From contig CAYGGC010000006.1 of the NCBI GenBank assembly GCA_964349465.1, positions 1,218 to 65,217 on the forward strand: a DNA stretch of 64,000 nt, in the 5' to 3' direction. The notes under the pieces were generated by a model. It was given only the letters and a program-made list of their open reading frames with translations. It searched no databases and was not told where the DNA came from. This document shows, in pieces, positions 48,537 through 58,014 of the stretch; position 1 is the stretch's first letter, and each line of letters begins with the position of its first letter. This stretch comes from an uncultured Gammaproteobacteria bacterium (GTDB lineage: Bacteria > Patescibacteriota > Patescibacteriia > SBBC01 > CAIJZX01). The translations under genes and the position numbers were made by a program.

Positions 48537-48947
48537 ATGTCCGAACAGTTCCCAACGATTCCGTCACGCTCGGTCGTCGGTGGATGGAGCGTTGATCGGT
48601 ATGTCCGCTTGCTTCGGCCGTGGGTGATAGTCGCTGGGCTCGGGGCGATTGCCCTGGTGTTGTTTCGAGTACAGCAGGGAGTTATTACGTTTCTTCAGGT
48701 AGTTACGTGTGGGGTTATTGGAGTGCTCGTGGCACGCCGCGGGGGACGCCAGGTGGAAGCGGTTGCGGCCGGGGCAATGGCTGGCGCCGCGCTTGGGATG
48801 ATGACGAGCGTGAGTCGTTTCGTTTTGGCGCCGTCGCTCTACTGGCTCGTCAACATCCTGTTTGAAACCCTGCTCTTTGGCCTGATCGGCGCGATGATCA
48901 GTGCCGGCGTACAATCCTTTCTCAATCGAAAAAAATTATCAACGTAA
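48537..48947 (+). CDS. hypothetical membrane protein
   Basis: Three to four transmembrane helices. Confidence 0.45.
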   Translation: MSEQFPTIPSRSVVGGWSVDRYVRLLRPWVIVAGLGAIALVLFRVQQGVITFLQVVTCGVIGVLVARRGGRQVEAVAAGAMAGAALGMMTSVSRFVLAPSLYWLVNILFETLLFGLIGAMISAGVQSFLNRKKLST

Positions 48948-48959
48948 AATACGAACAAC

Positions 48960-51350
48960 ATGCCGACACCCCGCGACCAACAATTCATCCTGTGGTTCAA
49001 CGAGCTTCGTAACACTGACGTCAAATTGGTCGGCGGAAAAAACGCCAGCTTAGGGGAAATGTATTCACTCTTGACCCCGAAGGGTGTAAAAATCCCGAAT
49101 GGCTTTGCGGTTACCTCCGCAGCCTATTTTTATTTTCTCGAGAAGGCTGGAATTCGCGAAAAAATAAAACAGATTTTGAGCGATCTCGATACAACGAACA
49201 TGAAGAACTTGTCGGTCCGCGGCGCGAAAGTTCGAGAGACGATCTTAAAAGCGAAATTGCCTCAGGATCTGCAAGATGCGATTACAACGAATTACCGTAA
49301 ACTTGAACAGGAATACACAAAGAAGGTTGATGTCGCGGTTCGGTCATCAGCCACCGCCGAAGATTTACCAGACGCCTCGTTTGCTGGGCAACAAGAAACT
49401 TTCCTGAATATCAAAGGTGAGCAGGCGGTTATTCTCGCGGTCAAAAAATGTTTCGCGTCGTTGTTTACGAACCGTGCGATTTCCTATCGCCAAGATAAAG
49501 GGTTTGATCATTTCACGATCGGGTTATCTGCCGGCGTGCAAAAAATGGTCCGCTCGGATAAAGCCAGCTCAGGCGTGATGTTCTCGATTGATACCGAGTC
49601 GGGATTTCGTAATTCGGTGTTGGTCAGTGGCTCGTGGGGTCTTGGTGAAAATATTGTGCTCGGCCGCGTGAACCCGGATGAATGGTATGTCTTTAAACCG
49701 ACGTTAGCCCAAGGGAAACCAGCAATTCTCTCGCGCAAACTGGGCGATAAGTTGATTAAAAAGATCTATACCACGAGCCCAGCCAATCCGATTAAGGATG
49801 TGGCGGTGACCGCGGTCGATCGCGATCGCTATATTTTGACTGATAAGGAAGTCGAGCAACTGGCCCGTTGGGCGGTCATGATTGAGCAGCATTACGGCAA
49901 ACCGATGGATATGGAATGGGCTAAAGACGGTCAAACCAACCAGCTCTACATCGTCCAAGCTCGGCCTGAAACGGTTCACTCGCGCGCCAATGTTGATACG
50001 CTGGAAGAATATGTCCTCGCGCCGCATAAAGCGAAAATTGTGACGACGGGCTCCCCGGTTGGATCAAAAATTGGTGCCGGGAAAGCGCGGGTGATCCTTG
50101 ACGTCAAAGATATTGGCCAGTTCAAAAAAGGTGAAGTCTTAGTGACCGATATGACCGATCCGGACTGGGAACCGATTATGAAAATTGCTTCCGCGATCGT
50201 CACCAATCGTGGCGGCCGCACGGCTCACGCCGCGATTATTTCCCGCGAGCTCGGCATTCCGGCGATCGTCGGGACCAAGAATGCGACGGCAGTGATCAAA
50301 ATCGGTCAGCCATTGACTGTCGCCTGTTCCGAAGGCTCGGTTGGAAATGTCTACGAAGGAATCCTCAAATACTCAGTCAACACACACGACTTAAAGGCCT
50401 TACCGAAACCGAAGGTTCGCATCATGATGAACCTTGGTAATCCGGAGCAAGCCTTTGCTCAGAGTTTTATTCCGAACGATGGCGTCGGTTTAGCGCGCGA
50501 GGAATTCATTACTGCGTCCTGGATCGGCGTTCACCCGATGGCCTTGATTACCTACAACAAACTCAAGAGCGCCAAAGTGAAGCGGCAAATTGATGCCGTG
50601 ACGCATGGCTACAAAGATAAGAAAGAGTTCTACGTCGAGAAGCTCGCGTCCGGCGTGGCGATGATCGCCGCCGCATTCTATCCGAAAGACGTGATTCTTC
50701 GCTTGTCTGACTTCAAATCGAACGAATACGCCACATTGATTGGGGGGACCGACTTCGAACCACATGAATCGAATCCGATGATGGGGTGGCGTGGCGCGGC
50801 ACGGTATTACAGTGATGCCTACCTCGAAGCGTTTAAGCTCGAATTGCGCGCGATGGTGAAGGTTCGAGAAACTATGGGCCTGACGAATCTGAAATTGATG
50901 ATTCCGATGTGTCGGACAATCGACGAGGCCAAAAAAGTCATCAAGTTGATGGCCGATGCCGGCTTAGTCCAAGGGAAGAATGGCTTCCAAATCTATTGTA
51001 TGGTTGAGGTCCCGGCGAACGTCATCCTGATTGATGAATTTGCCAAACTGTTCGATGGCTTCTCGATTGGCTCGAACGACTTGACCCAGTTTACGCTCGC
51101 GGTCGATCGTGATTCAGAGTTGGTGAGCCATATCTATAACGAGCATAACGACGCGGTGAAGAAAATGTTGACGATGGCGATTCAGGGCGCGAAAAAAGCC
51201 GGAAAGAAAATTGGGATCTGCGGCCAAGCGCCCTCGGACTACCCAGATATCGCTCAGTTCCTCGCCGATCAGGGAATTGATTCGATGTCCCTGAATCCTG
51301 ACACGGTTATCAAGACGACCCTCATGCTTGGGCAACAGGCCAAGAAATAG
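48960..51350 (+). CDS. ppsA: phosphoenolpyruvate synthase (pyruvate, water dikinase)
   Basis: PPDK N-terminal domain, phospho-His domain (GGRTAHAAII) and PEP-utilising C-terminus; 796 aa. Confidence 0.9.
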   Translation: MPTPRDQQFILWFNELRNTDVKLVGGKNASLGEMYSLLTPKGVKIPNGFAVTSAAYFYFLEKAGIREKIKQILSDLDTTNMKNLSVRGAKVRETILKAKLPQDLQDAITTNYRKLEQEYTKKVDVAVRSSATAEDLPDASFAGQQETFLNIKGEQAVILAVKKCFASLFTNRAISYRQDKGFDHFTIGLSAGVQKMVRSDKASSGVMFSIDTESGFRNSVLVSGSWGLGENIVLGRVNPDEWYVFKPTLAQGKPAILSRKLGDKLIKKIYTTSPANPIKDVAVTAVDRDRYILTDKEVEQLARWAVMIEQHYGKPMDMEWAKDGQTNQLYIVQARPETVHSRANVDTLEEYVLAPHKAKIVTTGSPVGSKIGAGKARVILDVKDIGQFKKGEVLVTDMTDPDWEPIMKIASAIVTNRGGRTAHAAIISRELGIPAIVGTKNATAVIKIGQPLTVACSEGSVGNVYEGILKYSVNTHDLKALPKPKVRIMMNLGNPEQAFAQSFIPNDGVGLAREEFITASWIGVHPMALITYNKLKSAKVKRQIDAVTHGYKDKKEFYVEKLASGVAMIAAAFYPKDVILRLSDFKSNEYATLIGGTDFEPHESNPMMGWRGAARYYSDAYLEAFKLELRAMVKVRETMGLTNLKLMIPMCRTIDEAKKVIKLMADAGLVQGKNGFQIYCMVEVPANVILIDEFAKLFDGFSIGSNDLTQFTLAVDRDSELVSHIYNEHNDAVKKMLTMAIQGAKKAGKKIGICGQAPSDYPDIAQFLADQGIDSMSLNPDTVIKTTLMLGQQAKK

Positions 51351-51354
51351 ATCC

Positions 51355-53520
51355 ATGATCCGTCGCGCCGGTCTGACCTTGGCAATACTCAGTCTGGTTG
51401 GGTTGGCCGTCTGGGCCGGCGCGCAAACGCCGGCCCACCAAGCGATCGCGCAAGATCTGGTGATTGATCCAGCTGTAGAGGCGAAGTCGGATTTTCAACA
51501 GCTAGTGAATACGGCCTTGCCCGATCTTGAGAGCAATCTAGTTGGCATTCAATCGGTGAATGGATCGTCGACGACGCCATTCCCACATCCGTTTCTCTAC
51601 GGTGGCCCGAATAGTTCGGGGTGGCCGATGGTTGGGGATATTTCGGATCAGCGCCCGAGTCCAACCGCCCCCCTGAATGATGCTGTGATTGGCGCGTATG
51701 CCCGATTTCCTCTGGTCGTTCTCCCGACAACTCCGGTAGCAGATTCTCGCCCTGATATTATTCCCGCTTTGCGGGCAAAAAATCCGACGATCCAGGTTCA
51801 GGCATACGTTATGGGCCACACCATCTGGTGTCCGGAAGATGGGTCCGGAAACATCGCCTATGCCCCAGGCATATACTATCGCGATTATTATCTGGCGGTT
51901 ACCGGGGGCGATCCAAATTGTGCTTCGACGAGCAATGGTTTTTTATGGATGCAAGATGGTGTGAAGGCTGATCTGCCGCCGCACAACCTAGGCATGAACG
52001 TGAACTTAGCGCATCGCGTGCAGAATCCAGATACTTCATATACGTACGATGTGGCCGAACATCTCGCCGAAGCAATGTATGAATATGGTCGACCGGGCCG
52101 AAACTGGGACGGGATTTTTATTGATGTGTTTTGTCCTGGGATTATGTGGATTGAGTCGCCGGGACATCTCTATGATTACGCTCGCGCCGGATACGGTTCG
52201 GATAATACCAATCCAGCCAATCGCACGGCCTTTGATCTTGGGTGGCAGGCTGGACACCAACGCTTGGTCACGCGATTACGCGAATTGGCGGTAGCCGATG
52301 GGCATCCGGACTATCCGATCAGCGGCAACTGCGCGCAAGCGCCGGAACGCTTACATGAGCCAATGAATGGCTGGATGCGCGAAAACTATCCGTTCCAAAA
52401 CGGAGGAAACTTTTACAGTAATATGTTGACTTGGCCATGGGGTCAGTTGCATCAAGATCGAAATTTTCGTCAGCCGGCATATAACTATATTTTTACCGCA
52501 GCAAATTGGAGTGGCGGTCTGACCAATAATCCGGGCGACGAACAATACAATGCGTTAAACCAAAAAAAGATGCGGTTTGGTTTAGCGAGCGCATCGCTCA
52601 GTAATGGGTGGGCAGCCTTTCATCATGGCAGCGGCAATACGGCCCTGGGGTATTGGTTTAACTGGTGGTACGACGAGTACGGTGTGAATACACGGGTACC
52701 GCAATCAGATCCTGATTGGGGCAAGGCGATGAACGGCGCTTCCTATACGGGCTGGTTAGGCCTGGCAACGAGTCCGGCCTACCAACAACTCGGCAACGCC
52801 TACGCCTCAACCGCGGATCAATTAACCTCGAATCAAGGTTTCGAATCGGTTGGTGGTTCGCCGACCGCACTACCTAGCTGGACAGCGCCGTCATTCTTCT
52901 CGACGGTTGCGACCTATGAACGTACCACCGCCACGGCGGCTTCTGGAACCGCTTCCGCTCACGTCTCAGTTACGGCCATCGAAAATCCTTCCGTGTTTTG
53001 GTCGACCTATATGGCCAACGGAAACTTTTCCATCTCAGCGAATACAACGTACAGTGTCAGTTTTAAGGCTAAAGCGTCCGGACCATTGCCGGTGACTGTT
53101 GCGATTGGTAATGTCATTCAATCACTTCCCATCGATGACCAGTGGCGCCAGTACCAGGCGGTTTTGACGCCGACGAATACTCTTGCTAATGGCACGGTTG
53201 GCTTTAACTTTGGTTTAGCGACCGGAGACTATTGGATTGATGATGTGCGCGTTCAAGTCGGTTCAATGTCCGTTTGGCGTCGTGATTTTGAAAAGGGCCT
53301 TGTCCTGGTTAACCCGACGCCAGCGACCGTCACGATCGACCTTGAAGAGCCATATCGTAAAATACTAGGCACCGTCGATCCGGTTTTGAATGATGGCAGT
53401 GTCGTCACGAGCCTAACACTCGGTGGCACGAATACCGGTGCCGGAATTGGCGAGGCGGTTTTTCTGCTCAGCCTCGATTCGACCCCGCCCGGATCAGTCG
53501 CCGATCTTGTAGCCCCATAA
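51355..53520 (+). CDS. secreted hypothetical protein, possible glycoside-hydrolase-like
   Basis: Signal peptide (LTLAILSLVGLAVWAGA) and a Trp-rich sequence with a C-terminal beta-sandwich-like region. Confidence 0.5.
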   Translation: MIRRAGLTLAILSLVGLAVWAGAQTPAHQAIAQDLVIDPAVEAKSDFQQLVNTALPDLESNLVGIQSVNGSSTTPFPHPFLYGGPNSSGWPMVGDISDQRPSPTAPLNDAVIGAYARFPLVVLPTTPVADSRPDIIPALRAKNPTIQVQAYVMGHTIWCPEDGSGNIAYAPGIYYRDYYLAVTGGDPNCASTSNGFLWMQDGVKADLPPHNLGMNVNLAHRVQNPDTSYTYDVAEHLAEAMYEYGRPGRNWDGIFIDVFCPGIMWIESPGHLYDYARAGYGSDNTNPANRTAFDLGWQAGHQRLVTRLRELAVADGHPDYPISGNCAQAPERLHEPMNGWMRENYPFQNGGNFYSNMLTWPWGQLHQDRNFRQPAYNYIFTAANWSGGLTNNPGDEQYNALNQKKMRFGLASASLSNGWAAFHHGSGNTALGYWFNWWYDEYGVNTRVPQSDPDWGKAMNGASYTGWLGLATSPAYQQLGNAYASTADQLTSNQGFESVGGSPTALPSWTAPSFFSTVATYERTTATAASGTASAHVSVTAIENPSVFWSTYMANGNFSISANTTYSVSFKAKASGPLPVTVAIGNVIQSLPIDDQWRQYQAVLTPTNTLANGTVGFNFGLATGDYWIDDVRVQVGSMSVWRRDFEKGLVLVNPTPATVTIDLEEPYRKILGTVDPVLNDGSVVTSLTLGGTNTGAGIGEAVFLLSLDSTPPGSVADLVAP

Positions 53521-53663
53521 TTGAGAATCTTGACGTCGGTGCGCCAAAAGAGTAGGGTGGACGTTATCGTCCGCCCGTTCTTTTACGTTCACCCATTGGA
53601 GGAACCGCTGATTCTAATGCTGTTTTGATCAGGAAGATCACTACTACCAGGAGGATCGATCCA

Positions 53664-54044
53664 ATGTCCAACGATCAGAAGGTCGTGACCGACCCGAGTG
53701 TCTACACGGAGCTCTCCGCCCAGCAGCGCGTCATGACGGTCCTGCAGCTCGCCGGTCACACCCCCGAACAGATCGACAACCTGACCCGCCGCCACAGCCA
53801 CATCGGCGTGCTCGTCAACAACATCGCCACCTGTCGGGATGTCCGGCACAAGGTCGCGTGCGACGAAATGCGGACCAAGGCCGAAGCCGAGTTGATGGCC
53901 AACCAGCCGCCGTCGTCAACGCGTCGCTGGACGCCGCTCGAAGAGCTCGAGCTCATCATCACTGCGGCTGGCGATTCGAAGGTGCCCGTACAGCTTCGTC
54001 GGGCGTTCGACACCTCTCGCTCGCTCCAGGCCGACCCGGTCTGA
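53664..54044 (+). CDS. hypothetical protein (GC3-outlier gene)
   Basis: AGGAGG RBS upstream, extreme GC3 bias, and its own strong terminator. Confidence 0.5.
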   Translation: MSNDQKVVTDPSVYTELSAQQRVMTVLQLAGHTPEQIDNLTRRHSHIGVLVNNIATCRDVRHKVACDEMRTKAEAELMANQPPSSTRRWTPLEELELIITAAGDSKVPVQLRRAFDTSRSLQADPV

Positions 54045-54059
54045 ACCTCGTCCGTTGTG

Positions 54060-54097
54060 CCTCTCTCATGTCCCCGGGAGAGGTTTTTCTTTTTTGC
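54060..54097 (+). terminator. rho-independent terminator
   Basis: A CCUCUCUC/GGGAGAGG hairpin followed by TTTTTCTTTTTT. Confidence 0.7.
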
Positions 54098-54269
54098 CAA
54101 AGGGTGCTGAATCTGATAGGGTGGCTAGTGTTTACGGAGAGGTCGTCCCGTACAATCTCGCTGACGCTCGCTGTACGGGATAAACTCCGTGGCCGAGCTT
54201 GTTCCCGATTTGTCTAAAAATTCAAGCCCGCGCAGAATTTTTGCTACAAATCGCAATCCCGCCTGTGGC

Positions 54270-54357
54270 GGAGGGTTCGCATAGTGGCCTAGTGCATACG
54301 CTTGGAAAGCGTACATACCGCAAGGTATCGAGAGTTCGAATCTCTCACCCTCCGCCA
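54270..54357 (+). tRNA. tRNA-Ser(GGA)
   Basis: Manual fold: acceptor GGAGGGU/ACCCUCC, a 3-bp D-stem, anticodon loop UUGGAAA, a long variable arm, T-loop GAGAGUUCGAAUCUCUC, discriminator G, and an encoded CCA. Confidence 0.8.
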
Positions 54358-54360
54358 TCG

Positions 54361-54516
54361 GCGGGAGAAAGCGAGTATACCGCAAGGGTCGAGGCGATCA
54401 AAGCGAATGAACTGCTTCATTCGCGCGCCGAGACGGGCGATTCGATGTTTCAGAGGAACCGAATCGCCCAGGACCTCGGGAGTTCGAATCTCCTCCCCCT
54501 CCCTCTCTCTCCGCCA
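54361..54516 (+). other. atypical ~155-nt tRNA-like element (canonical T-arm and 3' CCA but no standard cloverleaf)
   Basis: It has GGGAGUUCGAAUCUCCU and a terminal ...CUCUCUCCGCCA. It contains UACCGCAAGG, shared with the variable arm of the adjacent tRNA-Ser, and several long internal hairpins. Confidence 0.3.
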
Positions 54517-54541
54517 TTATCTTCTCTCTGTTCGAAAAAGA

Positions 54542-55495
54542 ATGAAGTTAGCGTATCTTCTCCCGGCTTTTAATGAGTCCAAGACAATCACTGAGGTGAT
54601 TAGACGTTTGCCATTGCAACTTTCAGGCCTAGAAGTACTTGAGACCATTGTCGTTGATGACGGCTCAACCGATGGAACCGCTGAACTTGCGCGTCAGGCG
54701 GGTGCAATTGTCGTGAGCCATCAGTGGAACCGTGGCTTAGGCGCCGCCTTTCAAACCGGCATTGACCAGGCGTTACGGCGTGGGGCTGACCTTGTTGTAA
54801 CGATCGATGCTGATGGACAATTCTCGCCGGAAGATATTCCGAGTCTTGTCCAGCCGATTGTGGCTGGTCAGGCCGATATGGTGACGGCCTCACGATTTCT
54901 CGATCCATCAAAAGTTCCGACTATGCCGTGGGTGAAAAAATGGGGGAATCGTCGCGTCGCCGGGCTCGTTTCATTTCTTAGTGGTCAAAAAATTTTCGAT
55001 GCGGCTTGTGGTTTTCGGGTGTACAGCCGTGAAGCGTTGCTCAGTCTCAACTTATTCAGTCGTTTTACCTATACCCAAGAAACACTTCTTAATCTCATCT
55101 TTAAAAACTTTCGCGTCGTCGAAGTTCCAGTGATTATCCGTGGTGAACGTGAGCATGGTCAGTCCCGCGTCGCCAATAATCTTTGGAAATACGCTTTCAT
55201 GACCGCCAACACCATGTTCCGAACGGCCTTGGATTACCGCCCACTACGGGTATTTGGGTGGCTTGGCGCGGGAATATTCTTTGCTGGAATTGTTTGTGAA
55301 GTTTTTGTACTAGCGCATTTTGTACGAACAGGGATGGTTACTCCGTATAAGACGGTGGGGTTTACGGGTGGTCTTCTGAATCTGGTTGGTTTGGCAGTGG
55401 TGATGATTGGTCTTGTGGCCGATATGATAAACCGGGTGCGCATGACACAAGAACGTGTCTTAGCGATGACGAAGCGGCAGATGTATGATCGGTAA
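54542..55495 (+). CDS. GT2 polyprenol-phosphate glycosyltransferase (DPM1/GtrB-like)
   Basis: VVDDGSTDGT and DADGQ motifs, with a C-terminal transmembrane anchor. Confidence 0.85.
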   Translation: MKLAYLLPAFNESKTITEVIRRLPLQLSGLEVLETIVVDDGSTDGTAELARQAGAIVVSHQWNRGLGAAFQTGIDQALRRGADLVVTIDADGQFSPEDIPSLVQPIVAGQADMVTASRFLDPSKVPTMPWVKKWGNRRVAGLVSFLSGQKIFDAACGFRVYSREALLSLNLFSRFTYTQETLLNLIFKNFRVVEVPVIIRGEREHGQSRVANNLWKYAFMTANTMFRTALDYRPLRVFGWLGAGIFFAGIVCEVFVLAHFVRTGMVTPYKTVGFTGGLLNLVGLAVVMIGLVADMINRVRMTQERVLAMTKRQMYDR

Positions 55496-56573
55496 GACGT
55501 CGAAGGGTGAAATACGGATATTGTATGCCGCGACATATTATGTTCGTGATTATGTGCGACAGTCGGTTCTCCTTGAGCATGTCCGCCGGCTACCTAATGT
55601 GAGCGTTGATGTCTTGCTAGTGAACCGGCGTGGTTGGACAAGATATTTTGAGTTTCTGTGGAAATTCCTGTGGCTGAAGAAGGGGGAGTATCAGGCTATC
55701 TACCTTGGTTGGCGGACGATCGAAGTTGCCCCACTGCTTCGCGTGATGACGCGTCGACCAATTATTTTTGACGCGTTTGTACCAATTTTTGAGACGTTAT
55801 GCTATGAGCGAAAGAGGGTTAGCCCGCGAAGTGTGATTGGCCGGTTTGTTCATTGGTGGGAAGGATTGGCGCTACGATCGGTCAATCATGTAGTAACAGA
55901 CACGAAGGCCAATGCACAATATTTTTCCGAAGAGTACCATCTTGATCCAGTCAGATGCGTGGATATTCCTGTTGGTGTTGATCGGTCAATATATAGTGCC
56001 CGTCCGAATGTTGTGCCGCCCGACAAAACGCGCGTGTTTTTTTATGGCACATTTTTACCTCTACATGGGACACGTGTCATGATTGAGGCGGCACATCTTT
56101 TGCGCGATCGGGTCGATATTGTTTGGCAATTTGTTGGCAATGGGCCGGAACGGTTACTGGCAGAAACGTTAGCAAACAAACACAGGCTTTCCAACGTCAC
56201 ATTCATTCCTCGCGCTCCTCAAAGCGTCCTCGCACAAAAAATATCTGAAGCAGATATTTGCCTCGGCGGCCCGTTTAGTAATCTGCCGAAAGCGCAGCGG
56301 GTCATCACTGGCAAAACCTATCAATTTTTAGCGATGGGCAAGCCGGTGATTGTTAGCGATACGGCCGGGAATTGCGAGTTGCTGACGCATAAAAAAAATT
56401 GTTACATGGTGGATCCGAATAATCCCCAGGCTTTAGCCGAGGCGGTTCGAGTTTTGGCTGACGGGCCGGCTTTTCGGCTACAACTTGGTGAAGCTGCAAA
56501 AGCCCTGAGCAGTGACATTGATCGACGTATCGATGAACAACTAGGTAGGCTGATCGAACAGTATGCGACTTAG
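55485..56573 (+). CDS. GT4 (GT-B) glycosyltransferase
   Basis: C-terminal GT1/4 fold (GKPVIVSDTAGNCELL). Its start overlaps the GT2 stop. Confidence 0.75.
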   Translation: MIGKTSKGEIRILYAATYYVRDYVRQSVLLEHVRRLPNVSVDVLLVNRRGWTRYFEFLWKFLWLKKGEYQAIYLGWRTIEVAPLLRVMTRRPIIFDAFVPIFETLCYERKRVSPRSVIGRFVHWWEGLALRSVNHVVTDTKANAQYFSEEYHLDPVRCVDIPVGVDRSIYSARPNVVPPDKTRVFFYGTFLPLHGTRVMIEAAHLLRDRVDIVWQFVGNGPERLLAETLANKHRLSNVTFIPRAPQSVLAQKISEADICLGGPFSNLPKAQRVITGKTYQFLAMGKPVIVSDTAGNCELLTHKKNCYMVDPNNPQALAEAVRVLADGPAFRLQLGEAAKALSSDIDRRIDEQLGRLIEQYAT

Positions 56574-57981
56574 ACTCACGAGCGCCTCTCATTGGTGGTT
56601 CGTCATACTTCTCTTAGTTGTGGCGGCAAAACAAATCTACGTACTTACTCTGATTCCGCCGTGGCAAATTCCTGATGAACCGGCGCATTTTCAGTACGTC
56701 CAAACGCTTGCTGAAGACCATCAGGCGCCGGTTTTTTCGGTTGTCGAGCGCGACGTGTCAGCTGAGTTGCGAGCATCATTTTATCGGATACAGAATCGAA
56801 TCAAAGGGTCCGGGAAAGAGCATTTACCAATGGCGCTCTATCCGGAGCATCCGGGGATTTCGGATCGTCAAAGCGCGCCGGTGGACCAACCGGTTCGAAG
56901 CTTGGCCGGTGCATACGGGCCAGTCTATTATCTTGTCGCGACCATTCCATATTATCTTTTCTATGATGTATCGATTGAAACACGTTTACTAGCCGTTCGT
57001 GCGCTTTCCAGTCTGACACTGTTGGTAGTCGTGTGGCTGGCTTTTCGGATTGGCCGCCGGATTCGGGGCCCAGGATTTGGATTAGCTCTTGCGGCGATGA
57101 TTGGCTTCATGCCGATGCTGGGATATCTCGCCGCTGGAGTAAATAATGATATTTTTCTACTGCTCTTTTCTGCTTTGGTGTTTGATCGTCTGGCGCGCGG
57201 ACTGACATCGCGGCTGACCTGGCGAGATATCGTGTGGCTGGGTGTGTGGGCTGGTTTAGCCGCGCTGACGAAGCAACACGGGTGGATACTTGCCGTGGCG
57301 GTCACGCTCAGCTTATTTTTCCAGCGCCGATTGCTTGGCTGGAACACGGCTCTCAAGATGCTTGGAGTCTTCTTTGTCTTGGCTTTCGTCATTGGCGCTA
57401 GCTGGAGCGTTCGTGGTTTTTTGGTTGATCAGAATAATTTTATTTCCGGCGAAGGAGTAAACGTGGATAACACCAGAACGACTGGGACACCACGTGAAGC
57501 CGGTGAGATTGTTGCTCACATTCTTTTTTCCCGATGGCCGAGCGTCTTTGTGACGTTTTGGGGATTTTTTGGCTGGAATGGTATAGCCACGCACTATCCT
57601 TGGAGTCTCTACTATAGCCTAGGGTTGATCGCGAGCGTCCTGCTTGTCGGGTGTGGTCTAGCCTGGTGGCGACGTGATGATGTAGTTGCTGGGCAGTGGT
57701 TGCGGCTGAGCGTCTTGACCTGGGCCACGCTGGAAATAGTTTTTTTGCTTACCTTCTGGCAGCGGGCCGCGACCTATGGGATCGTAACGTTTCCAAACCA
57801 AGGACGATATTACTTTCCATTGTTACTGCCGATCATGTCGGCGGTGTTGTTGGCGGGCGAGTCACTGGTCAAGCGGCGGTATCGTGCCTGGGCTTGGGCG
57901 GGGATGGCGGTGGCTATGGTGGGTTTGTCCGTGTGGTCGATCTGGCCCGTGATGAGCGCCATTTTTGGAGGGGTGATCTAG
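56563..57981 (+). CDS. GT-C-fold membrane glycosyltransferase (DUF2142/PMT-ArnT-like)
   Basis: Ten or more transmembrane helices and a first-loop DEP motif (IPDEPAHFQY). Confidence 0.55.
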   Translation: MRLRLTSASHWWFVILLLVVAAKQIYVLTLIPPWQIPDEPAHFQYVQTLAEDHQAPVFSVVERDVSAELRASFYRIQNRIKGSGKEHLPMALYPEHPGISDRQSAPVDQPVRSLAGAYGPVYYLVATIPYYLFYDVSIETRLLAVRALSSLTLLVVVWLAFRIGRRIRGPGFGLALAAMIGFMPMLGYLAAGVNNDIFLLLFSALVFDRLARGLTSRLTWRDIVWLGVWAGLAALTKQHGWILAVAVTLSLFFQRRLLGWNTALKMLGVFFVLAFVIGASWSVRGFLVDQNNFISGEGVNVDNTRTTGTPREAGEIVAHILFSRWPSVFVTFWGFFGWNGIATHYPWSLYYSLGLIASVLLVGCGLAWWRRDDVVAGQWLRLSVLTWATLEIVFLLTFWQRAATYGIVTFPNQGRYYFPLLLPIMSAVLLAGESLVKRRYRAWAWAGMAVAMVGLSVWSIWPVMSAIFGGVI

Positions 57982-58014
57982 TCAAACTGGCTGAACCTGC
58001 TAGACTCGTCCTGT

